Assembly (NCBI GenBank): GCA_963662945.1
Contig: OY759974.1
Coordinates: forward strand, 512,001-576,000
Source: Arcobacteraceae bacterium
GTDB taxonomy: Bacteria > Campylobacterota > Campylobacteria > Campylobacterales > Arcobacteraceae
Length of the DNA stretch: 64,000 bases
Direction: 5' to 3'
Under the pieces are notes generated by a model. That model was not told the DNA's origin. It worked only from the letters and a program-made list of their open reading frames with translations, and ran no database searches. The position numbers and the translations under genes were made by a program. Of the stretch, positions 8,952 to 18,354 are shown in pieces (position 1 is the stretch's first letter; every line of letters starts with the position of its first letter).

Positions 8952-10817
8952 TTACTTTAATGGAAGTATTATTGTAAATTCTGCTCCGTAATAATATTCT
9001 CCCTCATAATTATAATTTACATTTTCTGCTGTAATAGAACCTTTCATACCTTCTGTTACTAAAGTATATGTCATACTTAATCCAAGACCTGTACCTTGTG
9101 ATTTGTGTTTTGTAGTAAAATATGGTTCAAATATTCTTGGTAATACCTCTTTGGGTATCCCTCCTGCATTATCTCTAAATTTAATAACCACATTATCATT
9201 TTGTGTAAATGTATCAATAAATATAAATTTATTATGATGTGAAGACTCTTTTAGTACATCTTTTGCATTATTAAAGATATTCATAAAACATTGCACGAGT
9301 TCATTTGGATAACTTTTTAATTCGATTGATTCATCAATATTCAATATAAGTTGTATATTATGTCTTTTAAATGAAGGGGTTACTAAACTTAAAAAGTTAT
9401 TGATAGTTTCTTTTAAGTTAAAGTAAACAAACTCTCTCTCACCTTTAATAAAGTTTCTAAAATCATCGATTGTTTTTGAAAGATATTGGGCATTATCATT
9501 AATCATAGTACATGTTTTTTGAAATTGTTCATCACTTAAGTGTCCCATTTGTTTTTGCAATAACATCCCAGTTGCACCTGTAGAAATAATAGAAAGAGGT
9601 TGTCTCCATTGATGTGCAATATTTCCTATCATTTCTCCCATTGATGCTAATTTAGATTGTTCTAAAAGTAAAATATTTTTTGTACGGATCTCTTCTTGTG
9701 CGAGTTTTTGTGCTGTAATATCATTATAAACTCCAAGTATCCCTTGTACATTTTTTTTATCATCCAATAAAGGGACTTTTGATGTTAATAAATAACCCCT
9801 TGAACCATCTGCTAATGTAATTGGTTCTTCAAATAATAACGTAGGTATTCCTGTCTTCATCACTCTATTATCATCGTCAATAAAAGCTTGTGCTTCTTCT
9901 TTCCAGACAAGTTCTCTGTCAGTTTTACCTATAATTTGTTTTTCATCAGTCAATCCTGCATCTTCTAAAAAGAGTTTATTTGCCCCAAGATAAAAGTTAT
10001 TTTTATCTTTCCAAAATATTCTCACAGGAACTGTATCTAGAATTTCCCTCATAAATCTTTTTGCACTTTCAAGTTCATTGATACTTTTTTTATATTGAGA
10101 AAGTAATTTGCCAACTTGAGTAATCATTGAATTTATACCTGCTTGTAAATTTCCAATCTCATCAAATTGAGAAATTGTAATTTTTGCTTCAAGGTTACCC
10201 TCTTCTGCATTTTTTAAAACTACTAAAGTATCATTAATTCTTCTAGCCAAAAATCTTTGAGCTACCAGAATAATTGCTCCTGAACTCAATAAAATAAAAA
10301 CAATAGAACTAAAAATAGAAAATATTAAAATCTGCTTTTTTACCATCATGAGTTTCTCTGTACTAATAGTAATAACAGTATGATAAAGAGGTACTGTGCT
10401 ACTATCACTATTCAAATATGCAATTGATGTTAATTTATTTTCTTGAATAATAAATTTTTCTCCAGGTTTATCTATAAGCCATTGAGATTTAAATCCCTCT
10501 ATAATATCAGGTTTTCTTCCCAAATATTCTGCTTTATTGGAAACAATAATAATGCCATTGCTTCCAATTACTACACCTGATAGATAATGTTCTCCAATCA
10601 TACTACTCATAAAAGAATTACGAGAAATTGAACTTATAGGTATCTCTTCATTTGCAACCATTTGATTAATTTGATGTACTCTATTTCGAATATTATTTTC
10701 TATATCTGAAGCATATTTTTCAGCATATAGATAACTCAATAAACTAAATGCAATTAATTCAATAATGCTAACTAAAATAGCAATTTTACTTATAAGTCCT
10801 AATTTGATTTTTTTCAT
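8952..10817 (-). CDS. Membrane sensor histidine kinase (2TM-HAMP-PAS-HisKA-HATPase)
   Basis: IAHQWRQPL H-box, N/G1/F/G2 boxes, PAS IFWKD..YLGAN. Confidence 0.93.
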   Translation of the reverse strand: MKKIKLGLISKIAILVSIIELIAFSLLSYLYAEKYASDIENNIRNRVHQINQMVANEEIPISSISRNSFMSSMIGEHYLSGVVIGSNGIIIVSNKAEYLGRKPDIIEGFKSQWLIDKPGEKFIIQENKLTSIAYLNSDSSTVPLYHTVITISTEKLMMVKKQILIFSIFSSIVFILLSSGAIILVAQRFLARRINDTLVVLKNAEEGNLEAKITISQFDEIGNLQAGINSMITQVGKLLSQYKKSINELESAKRFMREILDTVPVRIFWKDKNNFYLGANKLFLEDAGLTDEKQIIGKTDRELVWKEEAQAFIDDDNRVMKTGIPTLLFEEPITLADGSRGYLLTSKVPLLDDKKNVQGILGVYNDITAQKLAQEEIRTKNILLLEQSKLASMGEMIGNIAHQWRQPLSIISTGATGMLLQKQMGHLSDEQFQKTCTMINDNAQYLSKTIDDFRNFIKGEREFVYFNLKETINNFLSLVTPSFKRHNIQLILNIDESIELKSYPNELVQCFMNIFNNAKDVLKESSHHNKFIFIDTFTQNDNVVIKFRDNAGGIPKEVLPRIFEPYFTTKHKSQGTGLGLSMTYTLVTEGMKGSITAENVNYNYEGEYYYGAEFTIILPLK

Positions 10818-12094
10818 GGTTTATAATGCGGTGTTTCTTCAAATGATTCAAGAGTTGTTGTATCCTCTTTTGTATATCTTGAATCTTCTGGCGAAATATG
10901 TCCTAAAATTTTTATACTATTTTGCGGATGTGTGGCATCTGGACGCCAAGTAGCTGCATAGGTACTTTGTTGTAAGTGATGACTTTTTGGATCCATATAT
11001 GCTTCTGAATTTTGCATTCTTTCATCTGCACTAGCTCTATACTGTTCCAGCTCTTTAATCACAGCATGATTATCAGTAGTACCTACTTTAATGATAGCAT
11101 TAAGAAGTGCTTTCGTAGCTAAATATGCAGAATATGTAACATGTCCAGGATAATCTAACTTAGTGTTCCCATATCTTTTACGATATTTTTCTACAAATTC
11201 TTTTGTTCCATGAGTATCAAGATTCCAAGACCAATTTACTCCAAATAAAGGTCGAACATTCCCTGGTGCTAAATACAAATCTTCCCAATCAACTTCCCCT
11301 ATAACCCAAGACTGTTTATCAAATACTTTTGGGTCTATTTGTGCAAATAATTTAACTTGATTGTTTCCACTAATATTTACTGCAACAACATCTGCATCAA
11401 TATTCTGAATCTCATGAATAAGTTTAACAGGGTTACTAAGTGATTGAGGTACAAAAATCTCTTTTACTATTTTCCCACCATAAATATTAATATAAGGTTT
11501 TGAAGCTTCTGCATTACTTCTACCCCAGTCATTATCTTCAGTTAAGAGAATCACATGCTTCTTTTTAGATTTATCCAAAGCATATTTTAGTAATGTTTTA
11601 TTATAATTTGCTCCATTTGCATCAAAAACAAATTTTGTTCTGTGCGCATCTTCAACTGCTTGTGATGGTGCAGATGAATTTGTATTGATAAAAATTACAC
11701 CATATTTTTGACATACTGCTGACATACTTGAAGCAACTCCTGAATTTACAGCACCAAGCATAAATCCTATTTTATTGATAGTAATTAAATCTTTAGCAAC
11801 ACTAGCTGCTTTTCTAGTATCTAACGTAGGATTTTGTGATATAAGGACTACTTGTCTACCAAGAACTCCTCCATTTGTATTATATTCGCTAATTGCCAGT
11901 TCGGCACCTCGTCTATCAGCTTCTGAATGTATTGCAAAACGTCCAGTCGTAGGGGAAACATGCGCTATAATAATTGGTTCTGTTTCTAAAGCAAATGAAG
12001 TATTTGGTACAAAAGATACAAAAAGTAGAGTCAATACATTATATACTAAATGGTGTAGTGATTGTAAATATGAAGCTAACAACTTAATTTTCAT
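10814..12094 (-). CDS. Periplasmic solute-binding protein, branched-chain amino acid/amide (LivJ-like) type
   Basis: TGRFA..GAELAI.E.N..GGVLGR, GAVNSG, EDNDWG patterns; overlaps kinase start. Confidence 0.85.
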   Translation of the reverse strand: MKIKLLASYLQSLHHLVYNVLTLLFVSFVPNTSFALETEPIIIAHVSPTTGRFAIHSEADRRGAELAISEYNTNGGVLGRQVVLISQNPTLDTRKAASVAKDLITINKIGFMLGAVNSGVASSMSAVCQKYGVIFINTNSSAPSQAVEDAHRTKFVFDANGANYNKTLLKYALDKSKKKHVILLTEDNDWGRSNAEASKPYINIYGGKIVKEIFVPQSLSNPVKLIHEIQNIDADVVAVNISGNNQVKLFAQIDPKVFDKQSWVIGEVDWEDLYLAPGNVRPLFGVNWSWNLDTHGTKEFVEKYRKRYGNTKLDYPGHVTYSAYLATKALLNAIIKVGTTDNHAVIKELEQYRASADERMQNSEAYMDPKSHHLQQSTYAATWRPDATHPQNSIKILGHISPEDSRYTKEDTTTLESFEETPHYKP

Positions 12095-12247
12095 ATATCT
12101 TGCCTTTTATTTAATAAAGAGGTTGGTTTAAAAGATTATAACCATAAAATTATTTATTTTTAATTAAAAATAGCACTACAGAACTATAGCGTTATTATAG
12201 TAATTTCAAGCTGGTTATATTTGATTTTTATATAGATTTTTAGAGAT

Positions 12248-12272
12248 AAAAAAGGTTCGTGAGCTAACCTTT
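12248..12272 (-). terminator. Rho-independent terminator after tRNA operon and small ORF
   Basis: Minus strand AAAGGTT-AGCTCACG-AACCTTT followed by U-tract. Confidence 0.65.
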
Positions 12273-12286
12273 ATTAAATTGTGGAA

Positions 12287-12424
12287 TTATTTTGCTAAAA
12301 GATTTTTAGCAATATTTGGACTTAGTCCTGATTTTGAACAAGCATTTTCAAATTTTTCATTTGATTTTAAAAGTCTTATTAAAACTTCTAATTTTTGTTC
12401 ATTTGTAATATTTCTTATTGACAT
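12287..12424 (-). CDS. Small 45-aa protein MSIRNITNEQKLEVLIRLLKSNEKFENACSKSGLSPNIAKNLLAK (not in ORF track)
   Basis: AAGGAG RBS 5 nt upstream of ATG, TAA stop, terminator directly downstream. Confidence 0.65.
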   Translation of the reverse strand: MSIRNITNEQKLEVLIRLLKSNEKFENACSKSGLSPNIAKNLLAK

Positions 12425-12522
12425 TTTTTCTCCTTATGTTTTGATTTACTAACGAGGCAAATTTTCAAACAATTTGAAAACAAGTGGATAAAAAAATAAC
12501 TTTGATTTTGTAAAAGAAATTT

Positions 12523-12599
<77 letters not shown>

Positions 12600-12623
12600 A
12601 TATGATAATTTGGATTTAAAAAG

Positions 12624-12698
12624 TGGATGGGGTAGAGGGATTCGAACCCCCGAATAGCGGCACCAAAAGCCGCGGCCTTACCGCTTGGCGATACCCCA
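12624..12698 (-). tRNA. tRNA-Gln (TTG)
   Basis: TGGGGTA/TACCCCA acceptor stem, GCGGC-TTTTGGT-GCCGC anticodon arm, TTCGAA T-loop, CCA. Confidence 0.96.
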
Positions 12699-12827
12699 AT
12701 AAGCGTATCTCTTTTTAAGTGCTGGAATTATAGTAAAAAAAATTCTATTTGTCAAGAGCTTTTAGGAGAAATTTTAAAATTTGTGTTATAATCATAAAAA
12801 CAATATAGAATAAAGGCAAGATATAAT

Positions 12828-13856
12828 ATGTCAGCAATACAAAGAGTAAAAGAAGCAATAGAAGAGATCAAAAAAGGCAATATGGTAATTATGCTTGATG
12901 ATGAAGATAGAGAAAATGAAGGCGACTTAGTATATGCGGCTGCTTTAAGTGATGATAAAAAAGTAAATTTTATGGCTACTCATGCAAAAGGTTTAATCTG
13001 TGTAGCAGTAACAAAAGAAACAGCTATTAGATTAGATTTAAATCCAATGGTTGCTAGTAATACTTCCTCTTATGAAACTGCCTTTACAGTTTCTGTAGAT
13101 GCAGCAAGTGCAAGTACAGGGATTAGTGCTCATGAAAGAGATGATACAATACAGATATTAGCAAATCCAATTAGCAAATCAACAGAGCTTGTAAGACCTG
13201 GTCATATTTTCCCTCTTATTGCAAAAGATGGAGGGGTATTAGTAAGAACAGGACATACTGAAGGGAGTATTGATTTATGTAAGCTTGCTGGACTTGCTGG
13301 TGAAGCAGTTATATGTGAAATCATGAAAGATGATGGAACAATGGCTAGACGTGATGACTTAGATATATTTGCCAAAAAGCATAATATGAAACAAGTATAT
13401 ATCTCTGACTTAGTTGAATATAGAATGGCTCATGAGTGCTTAGTTCAAGAAATTTCAAAAGAAAATATTACCTTTTTTGGTCATAATGCTATTAAAAAGA
13501 CTTACCAAGACCATTTAAATAATACACATACAATCATAGAATTTGGAACTTTACAGGAAACAAGTTTAGTCAAATTTCATAATGTAGAAGCTGATATTCA
13601 CTTATTTTTAAATGATGAAAAACTAAATTCGATGTTAAAATCAATTAACTTCTTACAAAGTAAAGGTGGAGTTTTAATCTTTTTAAATAATACTCACGAA
13701 AATAAAGAAACAATGAAAGACTTTGGTATTGGGGCACAAATACTCAATCTTTTAGGGATTAAAAATATTAAATTACTCTCAAGTGGTGGGAAACATTCAT
13801 TTGTAGGAATTAATGGTTTTGGTCTTGAGATAGTTGAAGAGATACAAATCTCTTAA
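12828..13856 (+). CDS. ribB: DHBP synthase fused to degenerate GTP cyclohydrolase II domain (RibBX type)
   Basis: DDEDRENEGD, RPGHIFPL, GHTE; C-terminal domain lacks the RibA zinc cysteines. Confidence 0.9.
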   Translation: MSAIQRVKEAIEEIKKGNMVIMLDDEDRENEGDLVYAAALSDDKKVNFMATHAKGLICVAVTKETAIRLDLNPMVASNTSSYETAFTVSVDAASASTGISAHERDDTIQILANPISKSTELVRPGHIFPLIAKDGGVLVRTGHTEGSIDLCKLAGLAGEAVICEIMKDDGTMARRDDLDIFAKKHNMKQVYISDLVEYRMAHECLVQEISKENITFFGHNAIKKTYQDHLNNTHTIIEFGTLQETSLVKFHNVEADIHLFLNDEKLNSMLKSINFLQSKGGVLIFLNNTHENKETMKDFGIGAQILNLLGIKNIKLLSSGGKHSFVGINGFGLEIVEEIQIS

Positions 13857-13862
13857 ACTTTC

Positions 13863-16340
13863 TCATTTGGCCTTCAAAACCATTAATAGTACTGGTAATA
13901 ATAAGAGATCTGCAACTATTGCCATAAACATAGCAATCATAGTCAAAAGTCCAAAATAAATAGTTGGTACAAAATTTGATAAAACTAATATAGAAAAACC
14001 AATCATAATAATAGTAGAAGTGTAAAACATCGCTCTTCCTATACTTCTATGTCCATTAATAATTGCAGTATCCACATTCTTTGTTTGCTGCAACTCTAAT
14101 CTATATCTGTGAATATAATGGATTGTATCATCTACTGCTATCCCTATACTAATAGCAGCAATTGTAATTGTCATCATATCTAAAGGAATATTCATCCAAC
14201 CCATAAATCCAAATATCACTCCAACTGGAACTATATTTGCTATGATTGCTATAATTGCTATTTTAAAGTTTTTAAATAAAATTAAAAACATAATAAAAAG
14301 TATGATTACGGTTAAACCTATAGTTTTAATTTGTGAATTAAACAGTGACTGTAACATATTGTTGTACATTACTAAAAGATTTGCCACCCTAAATTCTTCA
14401 CTTTTTGGATTTATTATTTTTGTTATATCTTTTTTAATCTTTTGTATCAGTTGTTCTCTTTGTAATCCTTCTTGACTATCAATAACTCTTGTGCTTATTC
14501 TTGCCATATTATTTTGTATACTAACATAAGGTGAAAGTATTACTTGCTTATATTTTTCTGGAAGTTCTTTATTCATTAAAGCTAAAGTTACACCATCTAA
14601 CTCTTTACCATCATTCAATGATTTTCCAACTTCAACAAGAGTTGCCAATGATAAAACTTTACCAATAGGTTCTAAAGATTCCAAATAAGTATGTATTTTT
14701 TTTATTGTATCTATTTTTGAAGCTGTAAACCAATACTTTTCTTTATCTTCTTTTGTAAGTTCAAACTCATCTTCAAAACTATCAAGTTCCTTGTTTGTTG
14801 TAACGTCTATAGACTTTATCTTATCACTATTATCTTTAAATGTTAAAACAACATCAAGAGGTGTTGTACCACCAAGTTTTTGATCAATAAGTTTCATACC
14901 TTGATAAATCTGTGTATCTTTTTTAAAATAATCAATAAAACTGTTTTCAACTCTTAAATTCATAGCACCTGTAATAGAAAATAGTACAACTATAATAGTT
15001 ATAAAAAGGATTGTTTTTTTATAACCAAATGCTATATTTGCAACTTTTGAAGTAAATGGTACATCAGACTTAGCAAATCTATCTTCTTTACTTTTATACA
15101 TAAAGGATAATAGAACAGGAAATAAAATAAAAGTTATTAAAAGAGAAATAACAATACCAACACTCATCATCCATCCAAAATGAATAATTGGCAAAATATT
15201 ACTAAATACCAACGAACTAAATCCTGCAATTGTAGTAATTACAACAAAAAAAGATGGTTTTGCCATAGCTAAAGCAGTATTAGTCACTAATAATTCTTGA
15301 GTATGTGTAGGATGTAAGGTAAGTAGTTCTTTATATTTTATGATTAAATGCACTACCAAAGACATATTCATAATAAGCTGTAATGATATAAAATTTGAAG
15401 AAACAACGGTTATTTCCCAACCAATTGCCCCAAAAATACCACTTGTAATAATTATTGATACTGTTGAGATAAACAAAGGTAAAAACACCCATCTAATTTC
15501 TCTAAATAAAATATACAATATAATAATTAATAAAATAACTATTACTATTCCAAAAACTTCTAAATCACTTCGTACAAATTCTACCATATCATCTGCAACC
15601 ATATTAGCCCCACCTAGATGGAGTTTCGCATTTGTAGTTTGTTCATATTTTTTAAGGAGTTCTCTAACTGTGACTATAAGGTTATGATTTTCAAGTCTTA
15701 TTATATCTCTGTACTCTTTTAATTTTTGTTTAGCTATTTTATAATCTTGAAGTTCTTGTGTATCAAGTTTTTTTGTTTGTTTAAGTTTTATGAATTTATT
15801 TTCATTCTCAACAAGTGTTGCATATTTTTCATCTCTTTTTATATTAATCATAATTGCAGTTGTCTTAAAATCATCACTGACAAGATTTTGTTTATATATT
15901 GCACTATGTAACAATTCATTCTTTACTAGTTGTTTATTCACACCTTTAGTTTGTAAAGTCTGTACATCTTTTACAAGTTCATCAATAGGCCTTGGAGGAG
16001 ATTCTAAAAGAGGAACATTCAAAATAGAAGTTACTGATTGAATATTTGGAAGTTTTGCTATCTCTTGAGAAATTTGATTTATATTTTCTAAATTTGCATC
16101 ACTTAATAAATCATCTTTAATAGTATAAGTTACTAATAAAAAATCATTTGCTGCAAAATTTTTACCTATTTTTCTCATAAATGCCAAATCTTTATCACCC
16201 TCAAGTAACAATGTTTGAGCACTAGCATCTATCTCTAATTTTGTAGTATTTATGGCCATAAAGCTCATAAATACAATGATCAAAGATAAAAATAGTTTTG
16301 GAAACTTTAAAAGATAATTAGTATAAAATTTCTCTAGCAT
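13863..16340 (-). CDS. MMPL/HpnN-like RND lipid transporter
   Basis: Two MMPL halves, TTIAGFSSL, GIAVDDTIH. Confidence 0.85.
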   Translation of the reverse strand: MLEKFYTNYLLKFPKLFLSLIIVFMSFMAINTTKLEIDASAQTLLLEGDKDLAFMRKIGKNFAANDFLLVTYTIKDDLLSDANLENINQISQEIAKLPNIQSVTSILNVPLLESPPRPIDELVKDVQTLQTKGVNKQLVKNELLHSAIYKQNLVSDDFKTTAIMINIKRDEKYATLVENENKFIKLKQTKKLDTQELQDYKIAKQKLKEYRDIIRLENHNLIVTVRELLKKYEQTTNAKLHLGGANMVADDMVEFVRSDLEVFGIVIVILLIIILYILFREIRWVFLPLFISTVSIIITSGIFGAIGWEITVVSSNFISLQLIMNMSLVVHLIIKYKELLTLHPTHTQELLVTNTALAMAKPSFFVVITTIAGFSSLVFSNILPIIHFGWMMSVGIVISLLITFILFPVLLSFMYKSKEDRFAKSDVPFTSKVANIAFGYKKTILFITIIVVLFSITGAMNLRVENSFIDYFKKDTQIYQGMKLIDQKLGGTTPLDVVLTFKDNSDKIKSIDVTTNKELDSFEDEFELTKEDKEKYWFTASKIDTIKKIHTYLESLEPIGKVLSLATLVEVGKSLNDGKELDGVTLALMNKELPEKYKQVILSPYVSIQNNMARISTRVIDSQEGLQREQLIQKIKKDITKIINPKSEEFRVANLLVMYNNMLQSLFNSQIKTIGLTVIILFIMFLILFKNFKIAIIAIIANIVPVGVIFGFMGWMNIPLDMMTITIAAISIGIAVDDTIHYIHRYRLELQQTKNVDTAIINGHRSIGRAMFYTSTIIMIGFSILVLSNFVPTIYFGLLTMIAMFMAIVADLLLLPVLLMVLKAK

Positions 16341-16343
16341 ATT

Positions 16344-16943
16344 TTATGAATTTGAAAGCTTTGTAATAAGATCGTCTATAGTTTTTGTTTGTAAAAACTC
16401 ACTAAATTGAGCTCTATCTGTTTTTAAAATACTAATACCTAAAATAGTTACATCATATATAAGCCACTTATCTTTCCCCTCTTCTTGTTGAGAAGGTTTA
16501 TAGTATTTATAGCTTATCTCTAATTTATTTTCAGGATTAGCAATATTTGTAACTAACTCTATTCTATTAGATTTTGGTTGTAATATATTAGTTACTTCTA
16601 TCGCTTGTCCATTATATGCATCTAATTTAGAAGAATATGATTGTTTCATTCGTTCAACATAAAGTTCAACAAATTTTGTTTTTTGCTCTTGATTCAATTT
16701 TGCCCATTCACGACTTCCTAAACTCAATTTTGCCATAATCTCAAAATCTATTGTAGGTTTTAATACAGCAACAATTTTACTGTTTCTTTCATCTTTTGTT
16801 ATTGTTTGATCTTGAACAATTGTAGTAATTGTTTGTATTTTTTGTAAAAAAAGTTCTTTTACCTCTTGCTGTGCATCAGCAAACATAGATTGTCCAAAAA
16901 ATAATATTCCTAGTACAATCATAACCTTACTTATAATTTTCAT
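16344..16943 (-). CDS. mlaC: MlaC/Ttg2D phospholipid-binding periplasmic protein
   Basis: IDF..MAKLSLG..W, W.IYDV...GISI...R.QF. Confidence 0.88.
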   Translation of the reverse strand: MKIISKVMIVLGILFFGQSMFADAQQEVKELFLQKIQTITTIVQDQTITKDERNSKIVAVLKPTIDFEIMAKLSLGSREWAKLNQEQKTKFVELYVERMKQSYSSKLDAYNGQAIEVTNILQPKSNRIELVTNIANPENKLEISYKYYKPSQQEEGKDKWLIYDVTILGISILKTDRAQFSEFLQTKTIDDLITKLSNS

Positions 16944-16944
16944 T

Positions 16945-17676
16945 TTATTCCTCTATTTGTTTTTTTCTATACTGTTCATATGAGTCTCGTAAAAATGGAT
17001 ACAAATCTATTGCATCTTTTTTCATAATTTCATAGTTTTTATAGGTAAATGATATGTTATTAACTTGTTCAAACACTTTTAATCCCATTGAATCTTCATA
17101 ATTATTCACCAAGTTATGTGCTCTATCTTCATAATATGAGGTAGGATTTAAATAAGAATCAACACCAAAAGAACCAATACTATCTCTTAAGTTTGATGGT
17201 CCAAAAAATGGCCAAACTATATGAAAGCCACTTCCAACGCCCCAATACCCCAAAGTTTGTCCAAAATCTTCATTATGTGGATATATCTTAAAATTATCCT
17301 GCCCTACATCAACAAAACCTAAAATCCCAATTGTACTATTTAATACAAATCGTTCAGTCTCTTCTAATGCATTTTGAAATTTTAATTGTAAAACATTATT
17401 CACAAATCGTACTGGAAACAGTAAATTATGAAAAACATTTTTAATACCCTTTCGAATATCTTCATGAACAATATCTCCATATGTCCTAGCAACAGGAGAT
17501 AACACATACTCATATGTTACATCATTAAAGCTTGTCATTACCCTATTAAATCCACTTAAAGGGTCAATACGTTTTTCTACTTTTATCTCTTCTTCAAAAT
17601 CATCAAAAGAGTCACTACTATATAAAGATGAAGTAAAAGATACAATTAAAAATATAAAACTAAATATAAATCGCAT
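16945..17676 (-). CDS. mlaA: MlaA/VacJ outer-membrane lipid asymmetry protein
   Basis: DPL..FNR, RFVLNSTIG, EDFGQTLG.WG, PFFGPSNLRD. Confidence 0.92.
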   Translation of the reverse strand: MRFIFSFIFLIVSFTSSLYSSDSFDDFEEEIKVEKRIDPLSGFNRVMTSFNDVTYEYVLSPVARTYGDIVHEDIRKGIKNVFHNLLFPVRFVNNVLQLKFQNALEETERFVLNSTIGILGFVDVGQDNFKIYPHNEDFGQTLGYWGVGSGFHIVWPFFGPSNLRDSIGSFGVDSYLNPTSYYEDRAHNLVNNYEDSMGLKVFEQVNNISFTYKNYEIMKKDAIDLYPFLRDSYEQYRKKQIEE

Positions 17677-17678
17677 CT

Positions 17679-18326
17679 TTATCCTACTTTAAAAGTTTTT
17701 GTTGTTTTACAAACATCTGTTAAAAAACATTTGTCACACTCTGGTTTTACCGCTTTACAAATATATCTTCCAAACAATACCATAGCTTGGTGAAATATAT
17801 GCAAATCTTCTTTGAGCTTTTTTACAAGTTGAGCTTCTGTCTGCTCTACTGTTTTAGCGTCACTAAGCCCTAACCTATGGGAAACTCTAAATACATGAGT
17901 ATCAACAGCCATTAAATTAGCACCATCAGCTTCAATCATAAATACATTTGCTGTTTTATTTCCAACACCTGCAAGTTTTATAAGCTGTTTTGTATCATGA
18001 GGTATCTCTCCATTGTGCAATTCTTGTACCGACTGAGCCATTGCTATAATATTTTTTGCTTTATTATTAAAAAAACTACAGCTTTTCAATAACTCTTTAA
18101 CATCTTCTAAAGAAGCTTCTGCTAATTCTTTAGGAGATGGATATTTTTCAAAAAGTGCAGGAGTAATTATATTAACCCTCTTATCAGTGCATTGTGCTGA
18201 TAGAATTATAGCAATCAGTAATTCAAAGTCATTTGTATAACTAAGTTCCGTCACAGCTTCACTATAATGTTCTAAAAATTTATCTCTAATAAATTCTATA
18301 TCTTTTTTTGTCGCTTTTTTACTCAT
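17679..18326 (-). CDS. nth: Endonuclease III
   Basis: ILSAQCTD, HhH GVGNKTA, VDTHV, C-terminal Fe-S CxxxxxxCxxCxxxxxC. Confidence 0.96.
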   Translation of the reverse strand: MSKKATKKDIEFIRDKFLEHYSEAVTELSYTNDFELLIAIILSAQCTDKRVNIITPALFEKYPSPKELAEASLEDVKELLKSCSFFNNKAKNIIAMAQSVQELHNGEIPHDTKQLIKLAGVGNKTANVFMIEADGANLMAVDTHVFRVSHRLGLSDAKTVEQTEAQLVKKLKEDLHIFHQAMVLFGRYICKAVKPECDKCFLTDVCKTTKTFKVG

Positions 18327-18333
18327 AATCGGG

Positions 18334-18339
18334 ATTATA
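18334..18339 (-). promoter_or_regulatory. -10 box TATAAT 7 nt upstream of nth ATG (leaderless architecture)
   Basis: TATAAT-CCCGATT-ATG, no SD sequence. Confidence 0.65.
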
Positions 18340-18354
18340 TCTAAAGTTAGCTTT

